This document shows, piece by piece, positions 24,991 to 39,249 of a stretch of 64,000 bases of DNA. The notes under the pieces were generated by a model. The model made no database searches. It saw nothing but the letters and a program-made list of their open reading frames with translations, and had not been told where the DNA came from. Origin of the DNA: Monocercomonoides exilis PA203 (lineage: Eukaryota; Protista; Preaxostyla); contig LSRY02000001.1 in NCBI GenBank assembly GCA_001643675.2, positions 1,860,001 to 1,924,000 of the forward strand, written 5' to 3'. The translations under genes were made by a program, and so were the position numbers. Position 1 is the stretch's first letter. The number at the start of each line of letters is the position of its first letter.

Positions 24991-26948
24991 AAAAACTTGT
25001 CATCATCATGTGAATGTTACTCAACAATATTTTCAAATGATTTTTTTTTCCAACTTTCCAACTTTTCTTTTATTTTTTCTTGCAAATCAAATAATTTCAA
25101 CTTTTGCTTCTATCAGATACCAACAAAATAAAAAAATCATCCATCCAGTTTTTAATCAACAATTTGTTGAATCCCTATTGACTTCAGCAACAATCACTTA
25201 TAATCTGTGAAATCTACTGATCTTTTATCATTTCTTTCTTTTGAAGTGCAACTTTGCAAGCATCACAACTTTGGATTCTTCATCAACATCAACCAATATC
25301 AACTCAAAGAATTTTGACGTTTGGCTAACTTTTCAGAAAACAATATTTCAAGTGGTTTTTTTTTTTGAAAGACTTGATAATAATTGAGGCAAACAAAATA
25401 TGTTTCATCATTCTCAAAAGACTGAAATATGAACGAAAGACTCAATCATCGGTTCTCGTTCCCGAAAGACTCAAATTTGTTTTTTGAAGTCCAATTTCAA
25501 AATTGGAATCATTGCATTGAAGGAATGGCAAGTGGAATTGGTTGTTGAGATATTTACCACAGGATTTTTTCTCATTCTCAACAAAAGAAATTCAACTTTT
25601 GTTTTCAGAAGAAGGATGGCCAATGTTTCCTCAGCTTGTTTTTTGTTGTCACAATTGATTTGTTCCTTTGTTAATATTGAATTATTTATCATGTTGAAAA
25701 TGCTGAATCGATGATTGCTTCTGTCAGACAATACAAAACATCAAATTCTTTCATTTTCATATTGATGAGAGGTGAGCTTTTCAAACAAAGGACTGTTCAA
25801 ACGATTTGGAAATTGCTCAGTGGTTTTCAACAGATAAAAGAATATCTTCCAAATCCATGAAAGTTTTCATATGCTTCATGTCATCTCCATTTTTCTTTCG
25901 TGTGAAAATGATTGATGCAGAATAGATTTTTCTTATCTTTTTATGTTGTTTCATCATTATAAACAAATCAGAAATAATCATATATTTCACCTTCATTTTG
26001 TCAATTCACACCGGTACACAATCTGAAAAGAGGAAAAACTGATGTTTTATATTGAAATGAATAAAGAAAACAACGCTTCTCAAAAGAGTCATTGTAGTGT
26101 TTCAACATTCACAATTTTTGTATGAAGAATAGAATCTGATCTTGTTATCCTTCTTTTCCTACTCCCTTCTTCTTCCTCAGTTCATATTTGAATGATTTTG
26201 AGACAATCATGAAAGACCATCACAAACTTGGACTTCAATTGAAAACATTCTTCAAGAAATGTCAGATTCGGCATTCTATATTTTGCCTTCTTGAACCATT
26301 TTCCCCTTCACAATGCATATCAAACAGAACAAAATATTTCTTTGAAGGAGGAATTGAAATACATGGGAAATTAAAAAGTTGGCAATTTGTTGGCTCAACT
26401 GACATAGTTGTGGCTAGAGAAGGAATAATAATTTCTCATTTTGAGTTTCAAACGAAAAACTGATTTGTTGTTTGTTTCCAACGTTGTTATTGCTTCCAAC
26501 AAAGAAAAAGTTTATTTGTGAAAAACAAAAAAAGAATAACATTTGTGAAAAAATGGACAAACAACACAAATCGAAGTCTCTCATAATCCAAACAGAATGT
26601 GAAATCACAATACATATCCCAAAAAGAAAAGATTGAACTGAAAGTTCCAAATAGAGATAAAATAAAAAAAAAACAAGTTTGTGTTCAGAATGTGAACTGT
26701 AACAACATGAGCAATACATACAAAGCGAATAAATACAAATACATAAACACAACATATGACAAGCAGACCAATTCTGCTTTTGAAGCAATTAATATTTCAA
26801 ATTGATCCAAACATAACAATTCATGGAAACAAAAAGAAGAAGACAAACAAGTCGAATTGTTGAATAGAGTCAAAATAAAAAAACACCATTATTCATATAT
26901 TTGTGAAATAAAAGCATATCCAAAGCATATCAATCATCAACTCCACAT

Positions 26949-29900
26949 TCACTTCTCAGTCAGCAAAGTCCCCGTGATATCTGAAGAATGCACAATTGTG
27001 TTTTGTTTCCCATCTTCTGTTCTCTCCTCCAGATCAATCGCATCTGACATCGTCAGAATTGCTGCTCCTGCAGGAAACCGCTGGATGAACTCGCGCTTCA
27101 GCCCTGCCAAGCTCAGTCTGTCTTCTGGCTGAGCAGACAGGCAAGCTCGGATGATTTCAAAGAAATTCGACTCCTTCACAGCTGATATGTTCGGTCGTTC
27201 GTGATTCACTATCTTCTGCCCTGCCACCTCACCCTCATACTCATCAAATGGGATCTCCAGTGTCAGGCACTCCCACAGCATCATCCCAATCGAGAATGCC
27301 ACTGACTCCTTTGTTGCTCCCATCTTCTTGTTCATCTGCAGCTCTGGTGCTTTCCACCTCAGACACTCTTTTCTTTCTTCATCTTCATCATCCTCAAAGG
27401 CTGATGATGGAGGTGGAGACTTGGTGAATCTCTCGCTCATCACTGAAACATCAGAGGAAGATGTGACCATGGTGGAGCTTGAAGAGACAGATGAACTGCC
27501 AGAGTCTGATGAGAAGTCGGAGTGCATCACAATGCAGATCGCCATGTGCTCTGAGAACAGCACAATGTGCGGTGTGAGATTGGCAAGCGATGACAGAGGA
27601 TTCTCCATTTCATCAAATGAGTGGAGTGCCAGATTTGCCACCCAGAACAGGATCTGGGCAGCTGTCTGCTCCCTCTCCTTCAAGGAGCCAATCGGCATCT
27701 CCTTTGTCTTGTTCTTTCCATGAAGCAGCATGAACAGCGAATCCCTCAGATCCACAATCAGCTTCTCATGGGGAGACGAACAGACCATCGCATCCACAAG
27801 ATTCGACATCGATGAGGTTGTGGGGCACAGATCCTCACCCCGAACAAATGTTGAATCTGAGTCTGTTGTTGAAGTGGATGAGATTGAAGGTGATGGAGTC
27901 TGCTTTCTTATTTCCTCTTCCTCAACTTTCTCCAATGCCCAATCAGGAATTTTGTCTGAATCTCTCCCCAAGATGTATTCTGTCGATCCACTCTCACTCA
28001 ACAAATGCTCAGATGATTCAGAATGTTCCAAGCTTTTCTCACACATTCTCTTCTTGATCCTTTCTTCATTCTTCTTCTCTGCTTCCCTCTCTGCTCTCCT
28101 CCACTGCTCCTCAGGAGACATCTCCATCGTCACCATTTCAATTAACTTCGGATCCTTCTTCACTGTATCATTCACAATCACTTCCAATTCTTCTGTTCGT
28201 CTCTTTTGCTTTCTCCATCGAATTGCCAGAATAATAGATACAATCAGTACAATCAAAAACAAAACAACAAATATAATGGCAATTATCACAGTCCATGATG
28301 ATTTTCCTTCTTTTCCTCCTTCCACCACTTTATCATTTCCAGTCTTTGGTTCTGTTTTGTTTTTCACAATCTGCGGAGAGGTTGCAGCCAATTGCTTCCC
28401 AAATAGAATCATCACTGACACCTCTGTTTCATCTGCAATAGTTGAAAATTTTTCTGATGGAATTGTTCCGATCACTTCCGTTTCTGAAACAAAACTGTCT
28501 TCCTCAAATGGATATGTCTCAACCAACTCCACATCCCCTGTTTTGAATATCAATCTGAATGACAAGTCACAAGGAAGAAGAAGTGATCCCTCAAATTTCA
28601 CAACAACATTGCTGCCATTCTCATTCACTGAAACATCTTCCAGTTTGGGAATGAAAAATGGAGATGACCTTTCTCCTGCTATCCCTCTCAAATCACATCC
28701 ATCATTCAAAATCCAAAGAGAAGAATTGTCTTTCAATCCATCTCCACCTTTCAAGCTGGAAATTGTCAGTGACGCTGAATCTGAACAAATGATGTTTCTT
28801 CTCAATGATAAATATTTTTCAATAAATGGATTGTTGTTCAAAAACTCCCCTTTCTCTATTGTCACATCTCCAGCAGATACTGACAATCCACCTGATGAAG
28901 CATCAGAAATAATCACATCCTTCATCACCAATGAAGAATCAGTTGAGTGAACAAGTGATCTATTCCATTTGCATATTTCTTCAAAATCGCTGTTTCTCTC
29001 ATTTTCACTTTCTTTTGAAAGAATTCCTTCAAATTCACATATTTGCATCGAAACATCCTTTGTATTGCTTATCTCCATAATGCTTCCTTTGCTCGACAGA
29101 GAATGGCAATCTGAGCAAGAGCAATTGAAAAGATTTATTTGAGCTAAAGTTGAAGAAGCAGTGAGAACAGAAACTCCTTCTGAATATCTCGAGCAGTTGT
29201 TGAACGAGGAAATTCCAATAGAAACTGTTCCTGATGACAAATCGTTTATCACAATGATACAACCTTCAGACAGCTTCACTCCATCTGAAGATACTCCATT
29301 AAACACAACACTTCCACATTGTCCAATCTCAAATACATTTGTTGTTGATTCAATTTGTTCCAGTTTCACATTTGTAATATTTATCTCATCTCCATTTAGC
29401 AGAAATGAAGGCTTCTCGAATGAAAGCATTGATATTGAGCAGTTGTCAACATGAAGAATTCCATTTTCGATGCTCAGCAATGTTGAATTGAGAACAACAG
29501 ATTCAATGCTTTCTGATTGGCCAGCAGAAGAAAAATCAACAAATGAAAGAGAAAGCTGACCACTTGCTTCATGAATGATTGAACTCCCCGAATATGAAAA
29601 TAACTGCCCAAAGTTGAATTTCAATCTCTCAACCCGAACATTCTCTGAGGTTGTGATCAGACTTCCCTCGTTTGTTATTGTTGAGTTCAGATACACCAAT
29701 GCAGCTGAGGGAGATTGCAGTGAGCGGATGGTCACATCAAGAACATCACACTTCCCAACAATTTCTGTTTGCCCCAAGATCAACAGCTGTGAATACAGAG
29801 ATGGAATGATGTGCTGCACTCCCTGATTCAATGAGTGGCATGGCGTGTCCAACTCTCCACATTGCTTGCTGTCTGCGCGATTGTCTGCAACCGATGACAC

Positions 29901-32900
29901 AAATATCGTCTCGCTCTGATATTTCACAACTCTCAGCAGAAGATCCTCTTCACCAAGAAACGAGTCTGTTGTGCATCCCCATATCGCCCGTTCCTTCACA
30001 AATGGTGCTCTGAAATCCAGCAAGAACTGCTCATCAACAATTTGTGTATCGATTGAGTGGCATCGAATATACACATCCCTCCCTCTCAATGCGGTGTTGT
30101 CTCTGAACGTGATATTCGACAACACAAAGTTCAGAGGCTGCTCAGCTGTCGAGGTGCATTCCAGAAACAGCCACCCACCTCTTCCTGTGCTCGAGCAGAA
30201 GCACTCGGAAATTGTCGAAAATGAGCACTCAAACTTTCCTCCTTCGTTCAACTCACAAAACATCCCTCCTCCCTTTCCACACTTCAACCCTCCACATCTC
30301 TTCATCGTTGTGTTCCGAACAACCATTTTCAATGGCGCATCATTTTCATTTCGAAAGACAGGAATATCATCAGTTGTTCTCTGGATGACTTCTTCGAATA
30401 TACTCCACTCAATAACAATGTTTTGTTCTCCTTCATTGCTCCCTCTCTTCTCTCCAGCTGATCCCTTTGATATCCTCAATCCACTTGCTCCCTCCACCTC
30501 AATATTCTTCATCGTCAGATTTTTCGCATTCAGCACAGTTGTTGACAAAACAGAAATAACATCCTGCGAAAAGCTCAACAATTGCATCGTCACCAATTCC
30601 AGCACAACTGTCCCTCCTTCTGCTTTGATCAGCCCATAATCTGTCACTTCTTCTCTCTCATCTCCTTTTTTGGTGAATGAGCAGTCTTTCACAGTCAATG
30701 ATCCATCGCTTGATCCAACATGCATCAAAACATTCACTCCACTTGCAAATGAAGATGGAATCACAAACATAATCAGTTCGAAATTGGTAATGCTACAAAT
30801 CTTCATTGCTGCTCCTTCTGCTCCTTCAAGCGATGAAACACATTCCAATGAGCACATGCTGCTCTCATCCGATTTCACTGATATTCCACTCACTTCAACA
30901 CTCTTCTGAAGAATTCCATTTCCAATGATGCTGACATTCCTTTCATTTCCTTCTGGCAGTCTTGTCAACGAATGATCCATCGACAGACACGGATAATCCG
31001 AGAATCCACACACACACACATCACAACCTTCGCTCCCAATAAATATCTCTGACTCAATCGCTCGCCAGAATAAAACCAGTGGAATGGCATTCGTTGTGTC
31101 GCTCCCATCAATGCCTCTCATAGAATCAAACGAAATATCAGAAAGATGCTCAGATGCAAATGGAAGAGAGGTGTTTGTGATGCTCTTTGTCAAGTTTGGC
31201 GATTCAACAAAAAGATCATTTCCATGTCTTGCAACATTTGGCTTATCTGCCTCAAAACCAGGTGATGAGATCACAAATGAAGAATAGTCATCAATCAGCT
31301 TCAGTGCAATCCCTCCGCCAAAGCCAGTCATACCTTCTTCAGCTGGTGCTGTGCATCTTGTGAATGTGCATGAAATAACATTCATTTGAACGCTCCCTTT
31401 CAACTGGGCATCAATGGCCCCTCCTCTGCTTTCGTCAGCAAGCACAGAACACCCATCAAAATCACATTCTTCAATATTTATTTCTGAATTTGAATTTTCA
31501 TCATTGCTATTGTCAATGCTCACACACCCTCCATTTCCAGCTGCTCTTTCGATTTTTGTGAAATTGCATTTCGTCATGTTCAACCACAGAGTGCTCATCA
31601 ACTCGGTATTTGTTCCACTTCCAGACAATGAGATCAGCGAATCTCTCTTCAAATCAATTGATGAAGCTGAGAATTTGTCGATGGCTAAGATCCCTGACTC
31701 AACGGACAAGAACAGAAATGTCAATTCTGATGATGGATTTTGAAGAGAAAGTGAACACTGAGACAGAGTTATTGATGATGAAGATGACGAAATGAAAGTG
31801 GAGTGAAGAGGAAGTGAAGATGGAAGAGAGAAGATGAGTTTTGAAAATTCTGTTTCAACATTTGCTGTTATCATCGATGAATTATATGTTTCACTTGAAT
31901 CAGAGACTGTCCAACCACTTTCATCTTCATTTCCTCGGATTTCATGTTTCTGTCCAGCAAAGGCCAATTCATCACTCATTGCAATCATTCCATTCACAAT
32001 AACTTTCTTTGTTTCTGTTTGACGAGTGAGGGAGTGTTTCATTGTCAAACAAGGGAATTGGACAATTCCACAGTGTGAGTGATTGGATGCCTCAGAATTG
32101 CTCACATATATTTCTTCTGGGGTGGGAAGGAGATAGATGCACAGAGGGATAGCCACACTGTTGTTTCCATTGTCATATCCTCTCACCTTCTCAACAGAAT
32201 CCAATGAATCTGTCACACAAGTGATTTTTTGTGATTTTGCAGTCACTTCCAGATTGGGTGAAATGACAAAGATGTCGCTTCCCCATTTGGCTGTGTTTGT
32301 GCCAAACGAAGAGGAGATCAGGAAATCTGGATTTTCATTCAATAATCGAAGAAGGATTCCTCCTCCAAATCCATATGTTGCAGAGCAATAGCACCCATCA
32401 AAAGATCCACCTTTCACTTTCACTTCATTTCCATTCCCAACACACAGCATCATCGATCCCCCATCAGCCGATGTTCTGCTTCCACATCTTTCAAAAGTGC
32501 AACAATTCACATCAATGTTGGCCTTGTCATTCGAAAACGATATCACTGCTGCTCCGCTCGTTGTTCTTCCAATCCCATCAAAGGTACATTCTGAAAGTGC
32601 CAATGAAATCTCATTTGTTGAAGAAAGCGAAAACAGTGAATTTGTGGAGATAGTCTTTGCCCAGTTCACTTGTTCCATCTGAAACATCCCATTCTGGACA
32701 TTTATCAGTTCTGTCGAAAATGCTGTTTCTGTTGATTGTCCGCTCCCAAAAGATATGTTCAGTCTGCTGATCCTCATTCCTCCTGCTCCACTTATCTCAA
32801 ACAGCCTTGACCCACGGTTATTCGGATGAGCCGAGTCATGCACAAGAACAAAGTCTCTGGCAGTCAATGTTCCTGTCGAGACTGAAAATAGAGACAGCCC

Positions 32901-34724
32901 AGATGCTTCAAATTCTGTTTGGATTTCTGTACTCGTATCACTTTGGCCATAAACTGTAAAAGTGTTGATGCCACAATCAAAACTATTTGTTTCGAAAATG
33001 ATTCCTGAAAATACTTCCACATTGGGAACCAAGTCTGGAATGAGTTGTGTGAGGCAAAGGCTGATCTTGCTGCATGGATAAGATTTATCCAGCCCACATG
33101 CATATGTGTCAATGCCTTTTGGTTGTGAATCAGTTGAAGATACAAATCTCACATTTCCAAAATCTTTGCGAAGCCATTCACTTTTGTCAACAATTGAATA
33201 ATAATTTGTGCTGACTCTATTTGATGTTTGACTCGTTGAAAAGCAACTTGGATCGATATTATTTGACGTTGAGTTTTGCAGAACAATGTCATGTCCTCCT
33301 TTCATGCACGTGTTATTATGGAAAAAACAGAAATAAAATAAAATTCCATTGTTATTTGTATTTATGAATTGGCAAGCAGCGCCACCTCCACACATTGAAT
33401 GGCAATGACAAAATAAGCAATTTGAAACGATAACTTTATCCAGTGGCTCCCAAATAATAATTGCACCTCCTGCTCCATTTATTGAAAAATTGCATTGACA
33501 GTTGTCAAAAAAGGAATTTACAACACATTCTTTCTGTCTTTGAGTTTTTGGTTGATAAAAATATATAGCTCCTCCATCATCAGCTGAAGAACAATTATTA
33601 AACAAACAATCGTCGACCACTGGTTGGGTATAAACATTATCGACCATTATTCCTCCGCCTCCATATCCATTGGTTGCTGCAGCTGAACATTGATCAAATG
33701 TTGAATGATGCACGATGCATTCAGCTATTCTTTGAGCATATATTCCTCCACCATTTGTCGAGGAAGCGTTGCATCTTGTGAATGAAGAATTCTCAACTGT
33801 GAGAATAGCACTTGCATTGCCATGAACATAAAGAGCTCCTCCTTGTGGTGCTGTGCAATCTTCCCATTCACACAACGAAAAGGATTGGCTTTCCGTTGAA
33901 TTAATTTGTCCCTTTTTCTGAAGAGCATTTGTTTTTCTTTTCCCGAAGTTTATTGTTGTGTTTTTGCAGATGAATTCATGTGAAGAATATGATCCACTCG
34001 AAATCCCTCCTTCAAAGACATTCACACACGAATAAATGAGGCAGTTCTCCATTGAACTCAGAAAACATGAATGTTCCACAAAATGATCGCTATTCGAGGA
34101 ATATTTCACAGACATGTTCCTGAAGGCACAATTATCAATCTGTTCGCTTTTGCTCTTTCCTGATAACAGAAAATAGTCTGATGAAGAAACAGCCAGGTCT
34201 GTGATGATAGAATTTCTCAAAATAACAGAATTGGAATCATCAGATGAAAATATGAGACTGGAAGGGTTAAGATTCTTTTGGGGGATCAAAGTCATGTTTG
34301 TGAGGCAGATTGACCCGATATTCAAATGAAAAGGAGATTCCGATTTTTGGTGGGAAATGCAGGAATCCAACACCACATTCGATTTATCTGTTATCAGAAT
34401 AAATGGGGAGGAAGAATGTTCCACTGCCACATTTTTCAGTCCAACTGAAGAATTGGAAAAGCGTAAAAATGAATAAATCGCTGTGCATGTTCCTGCCTTC
34501 CATCTTTCCATTCCTGATGCTTTTCTCTGTTCAGAAAAATAATCATTATTGCCATTTGTGAAAAACTGTGCATCAGTTGAGTTGTCTTGACCAAAATAAA
34601 TACTGTTATATTAAAAAGTTATATTGGAAAAAATACTTTGGTTTTCTAATGTGGCTGTTTCACAGATAACTTGAGATTTAAATGTCTCTGCCAGAATCAG
34701 ACATGCTAAAAGGAACAAATGCAT
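26949..34724 (-). CDS. Giant receptor-like protein with Pmp-like GG(A/G)(I/L) repeats, 4 CG-x(n)-PC modules, TM and kinase C-lobe pseudokinase; in-frame TAA after the signal peptide
   Basis: 2520-aa ORF 26949-34511 with TM WTVIIAIIFVVLFLIVLIVSIILAIRW and C-terminal RWKAPEL, FSIGMMLWECLTLEIPF, CLSAQPEDR. An in-frame upstream ATG at 34724 gives MHLFLLACLILAE..., interrupted by TAA at 34611-34613. Confidence 0.88.
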
Positions 34725-35880
34725 GCTTATCGAGAATAAAAATCAGTTTTGATTTGAAAAAATTAAATATTATAAAAATGATCATTTCAATATTTTTTAT
34801 TCTTAACTTCAAAGAAAATAGAAATATTTCAATTAACATGCTTTCAATAATATTTGAAACACATTCGAGATTACACTTCGTTATTAATCTTCTCTTTACA
34901 AAGAATTCCATGAATCTTCATCCTAAATATCTTTATAGTGAATATTTTTGTTGAATAATGAGAAACGCAAAAGCAAGACATAAAAAGTGTGCATCAAATT
35001 ACCAAATTGATAGAATAAAAATGTATCAATTTTTTTTGTTGAATTCTTTATCCAATTCATGATTTGATAATTATGAATTGTTGCAAAATAAAAGAAGACA
35101 TAGAATGTTATTGATTTCAAAAAGTCATTTTATTTGACAATGTATCTCATCAATTCGGTGTATGAAGTGAAAGACATTTATTTATATTTTGCTCCTCTTT
35201 TTGAAGAAATAAAAAAAAAAGACATATTTCTTAAACAACAAAATGTTTTTGTTGATTTAAATAATCATTCGCTATTTCCTTCTGCCTTTTCCATCTTCCA
35301 CCATTCATCTGCCTCTGCCCCAAGTTTTCCATTCTTTTCTTTACCCAGCCATCAATCCTCTCTTTGCATTCCAACTTTTCATTCGCTTCACTTGCTCCTT
35401 TAGTTCATTGAAGAAAAACTATCATTTTGTAAATCTCATGTATTCAATTCTGAAAGCAATAAAAAAGATTCAAAAGCGAAAAAGTCTTTGATGATGATTT
35501 TTTTCCAATGTTGTTCTGGAAATTAAATGAAAAAACGGTATATTCAAAATAGCTTTTTCTTTTTAAAATTTTTATTCTCAATCCTAAATATTATTTTTGA
35601 TTTAGCAAAAGAATCTGGAAATTTGAGATTCTCGTTGGAAGATTTGTGTGCGAAATTCATCCTCTTTATTCTGTTTTGTGAAATGAATGAAAAAAAAAAA
35701 CAATCAAAATTTCAATGTAATTTGAAAGAAAGAATGAAAAAAAAAATCACAAAACTGATAATCTTTTCTCATCTATATCGAACATGAATTTTATTTTATG
35801 AAAAAGAAACAAATAATCACAAATAAAACGAATTCAGAAGAATCGATCCAATAAATGAAATAATTCAATTTGACCTTTTT

Positions 35881-37132
35881 TCAATGAGCAGTTTTGAGGA
35901 AGCTGTTCACCAAATCCTCCAATCCTTCCCTTTCCAACTTTACCAAAACTTGCTGTTTCATTGATTCCTTATCCTTCTCTCTCAATCTGTCAAGCACCAA
36001 AAGCACGAAGTCCAGGCAGCAACTCAAGAATTCTGTGTGAACCACCGATCGGGTGATCTCCTCCAAAAACACATCAACTGCTTCGATTGTCACAAAATCA
36101 CAAACACTTAGCGATGCTGACTCATTCATTTGCTCAAGCAGCACCAGGCATTCCAAAGACAGTTCCACAAAACAAACCCTCGCCTTTCTGCAAATCCCAA
36201 CAACCACTGCTGCCAATCTTGTGTTTCTCTCTCTCGATGGCTGATGGTTCACAAAATGCTTGTTGAGTGTTTTCAGCCATCTCAGAATCGTGTGAATGTC
36301 TTTCAGCTCTTTCACCCTCCTTTCCTTTCTCTGCCAATTCCCTCGCTTCTCCAGCTCTTCCAATTCCCTCCTTCCCTCTTCCACAAAACCAAAATGCATT
36401 GACATGGCACTTTCCATTTGTGCCTTTGTGTGCATTCTGTTCATCAAAAATTGTCATGCTGATTGGAAGGAAAGCTGTGTGAGGTTGCGATTCTGCTGAT
36501 GACGGACAATCACACTGACAATGCTGCTCATAAATACATCTTCCTCCACATACTGACAAATAAATGGGTTGTAATAAAAATTGAAAGTGAAAAAAAAGAT
36601 TCGAAAAAAAAATGAAGAAGAAATATTTTCAGACTTCATCCTCACAGATGTGGCTCAAAGCCAACAAAGCTGTTTCCACTTCTTTTTGTGCATCTTGGCT
36701 GTCTCCTTTGTTTGATGCAACTCCCAGAAGACGAGGAACACAAACCGATGAAAAGTTGAATGTCACAAACTGTTCATATGACAAGGCATAGCATTCACAA
36801 ACATCATTCAGCATCTTTTCCTTCTTTGACCCTTTTTTCCATTCTTCGTTCATCACTTTCCTTTCAAACCTTTTGCGAAATGAAGATTCACCATCGTTGT
36901 CAGTGTGAATGTCTGATAAAGCCTTGTAATATCCAACATGCTTCAACAGCATAATTCCATCTTCCAGCACCAATTCCTCCCCTTCAACCATTTCGAAGAT
37001 CTTCTCAAACACTATTCCTGCAAACACACATCCCAATTCCTTCACACCCATCTCCTCAATGAAATTCTTCAACTCACATATTTTCTGTTTCTTCTCAGAA
37101 GAACAAGAGCAATTCTTCAGATTGAAGACCAT
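35881..37132 (-). pseudogene. Multigene family copy 3, near-intact, with a nonsense codon at a conserved Trp
   Basis: LLKHVGYYKAL, DVCECY, VCVPRLL, QKEVETALLALS, intron ~36554-36633, then HQQNRNLTQLSFQSA-TGA-QFLMNR. Copy 4 reads QSAWQFLMNR at this position. Confidence 0.8.
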
Positions 37133-38149
37133 TACTTCAAAACAAAATATTTGAAATATAAATCAATAGCATCCTTGATATTTTGCACACGAAACATCCT
37201 GGTTGTTGTCTGTTCTTGTTTTGTTCAATTTGCTGTGCTGTATCCAGCTTCAAACACCACGTTTCACATTTGTTGTTTTTCCAATGAGTGGAGAATTCAC
37301 AAAAACAGTCAATAAACAAAATGAAAGTGAATTTCCCAAATGTTTTTTATTCAATCTTTTGCAACCTTTCTTTCTGGTAAAAACCACTTGAAACTTCGTT
37401 TTCAAAAAACAGTGTTTTTTGCGCAACAGTAATGGTTTATTCAGAAAATTCCACTTGAGTTATCATTTTTTCAATATCAGTTAGAATGGAGTATATAATT
37501 GTTATCTACAAATAAAATAAAAATTCTTCTGTGGTCATTATCTTCAAAATATTTTTTATTTATTCATTATAGTTTTTGAAAAAAGAAATGCTTCAATATT
37601 TATAAATTCATATAACATTGGAATGAAGACAGTTAGAATCCGAATTGATTTTTGAAATCTTCAAAAAAGTGTAAATCCCATTTGAATTTCTGTTGGGATA
37701 GCTCGATTTGTTTAAAAAAATACGTTCAAAAGCAAGATTAATGATGAATCATTTGCCAAAATACACAAAAATGAAAAAGAATTGGCAGGGTAATTGATGA
37801 TGAGGAGATGAGAGAAGAGGAAGATTTCAAGTGATTTGAAGAAGAAGAAAGAAGAAGAAAATCGGATGCGTGGAATGGGATAAGAAGTTCTTTCAACAGA
37901 GTAAGAAGTCCATCCAATCACAGAGACACGCTCAATTTCCATGTGGCACAGGAGGCAGACAACGAAGAGGACGAATGAGAAAACTGAGATTATTCAATGT
38001 GATTCCCATTTGAATAAAGATTGAATGCTGATGAACACAAGATGGAAACTTTGTTGCTCCTTCATGTTGAACATGTCTCCAAATAAAAAAAGTGATAATA
38101 ACATCACTTTTGATTTGAATGAAACAATTTGAGAATTCCATCAAATAGC

Positions 38150-38950
38150 TTCGTTGAGGAAGAGCTCATGCACACGCACCAATCACATTCTGTTTCGAAG
38201 CTTAACAGATCTTCTTCTTGAATGGAAAATCAAAATTCATGGATACAAATCCCTCACTCTGATTCCACACAGACAGATGATTGCTCATGGAGGAATTGTG
38301 TGCAAAGTTCCAATCCGATTGCTTTCAACGCTTTCTTGTCATTTTTTGTGATAAATATCCTTCACTTGGTTGGCTTGCAACTTTCTTTGTCCAAAAATCC
38401 ACTCTTCTGCACAAAATAACAAAGTTCGATATAAATTTGCAAACACTTTATTTCCCATTAAATTCCAACCTCTTTTGTTTTCATTCAATAAAATATCAGT
38501 CGAATTTGTTTTCATCTTTTTCACCAATCAAAAATAGTGAAAATCATGATTCTTCCATAACTTCATTTATTTCCAAGTTGCTGTGCACAATCAGCTCCAA
38601 TCCTATCGTCTTGCTCTCCAATGAGAAGAATGGCCATTTCAACAATCACTCATATTTCTGCACTTTGGAGAGGTTTCAGACGGAAACATCTTCACAATCA
38701 ATTGAACAATATAAATTTGCAGACATTATGTCTTTTGTGTTATTCATGTGATTGTTGTGTTTCATCTGTTATCCAATCTCCAAAAGTCATCTGAATGAAA
38801 TTTCATTATCAATGCATATCATCAGCCAGCTGCCACCTCTTCATATTATTTTTCATATTTCGCAGAAAATATTCATTCACAGTTCCTCATCTTGCCAATA
38901 ATCATTCCAGTTCAGAAAAAAATTTTCGATCAAACTGTCCATAACACCAA
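38150..38950 (-). pseudogene. Possible very divergent coding remnant (perhaps a further family copy)
   Basis: Fragments MDSLIENFFLNWNDYWQDEEL and IVEMAILLIG weakly resemble family motifs; many stops. Confidence 0.25.
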
Positions 38951-39249
38951 ATTTGAATTGAAAAACAAAAAAGCATTTCTTCACTCAGCAATCACTTTCC
39001 AAAAATGCCAAGACGAAAAAGGAAGGTGTGAATGCACATATTGCAATTATCATTTTTGACTTTTTTTTATTCATCGATGTCATCTATCCATTCAAATGTG
39101 AATTCAATGTGAATGATCAAAATTGTGTTGTTTTCTGAATGCAATGCATTTTCAAAAATGCAGACTGTGAGCGTCACTGAAAGATACAACAGTGTTCATT
39201 CGTTGTTCCATTTGAATTCCTGGTGATTGTGGCTCTTGATTTTATTTTT

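Noticed and set aside
25200-25900. Possible further decayed coding remnant on the minus strand
   Set aside because: Only weak resemblance (KKQAEETLAILL) to family motifs; not supportable by eye.
27328-32682. Many 60-400-aa + strand ORFs (also at 155-8139)
   Set aside because: Antisense shadows of the minus-strand receptor genes.
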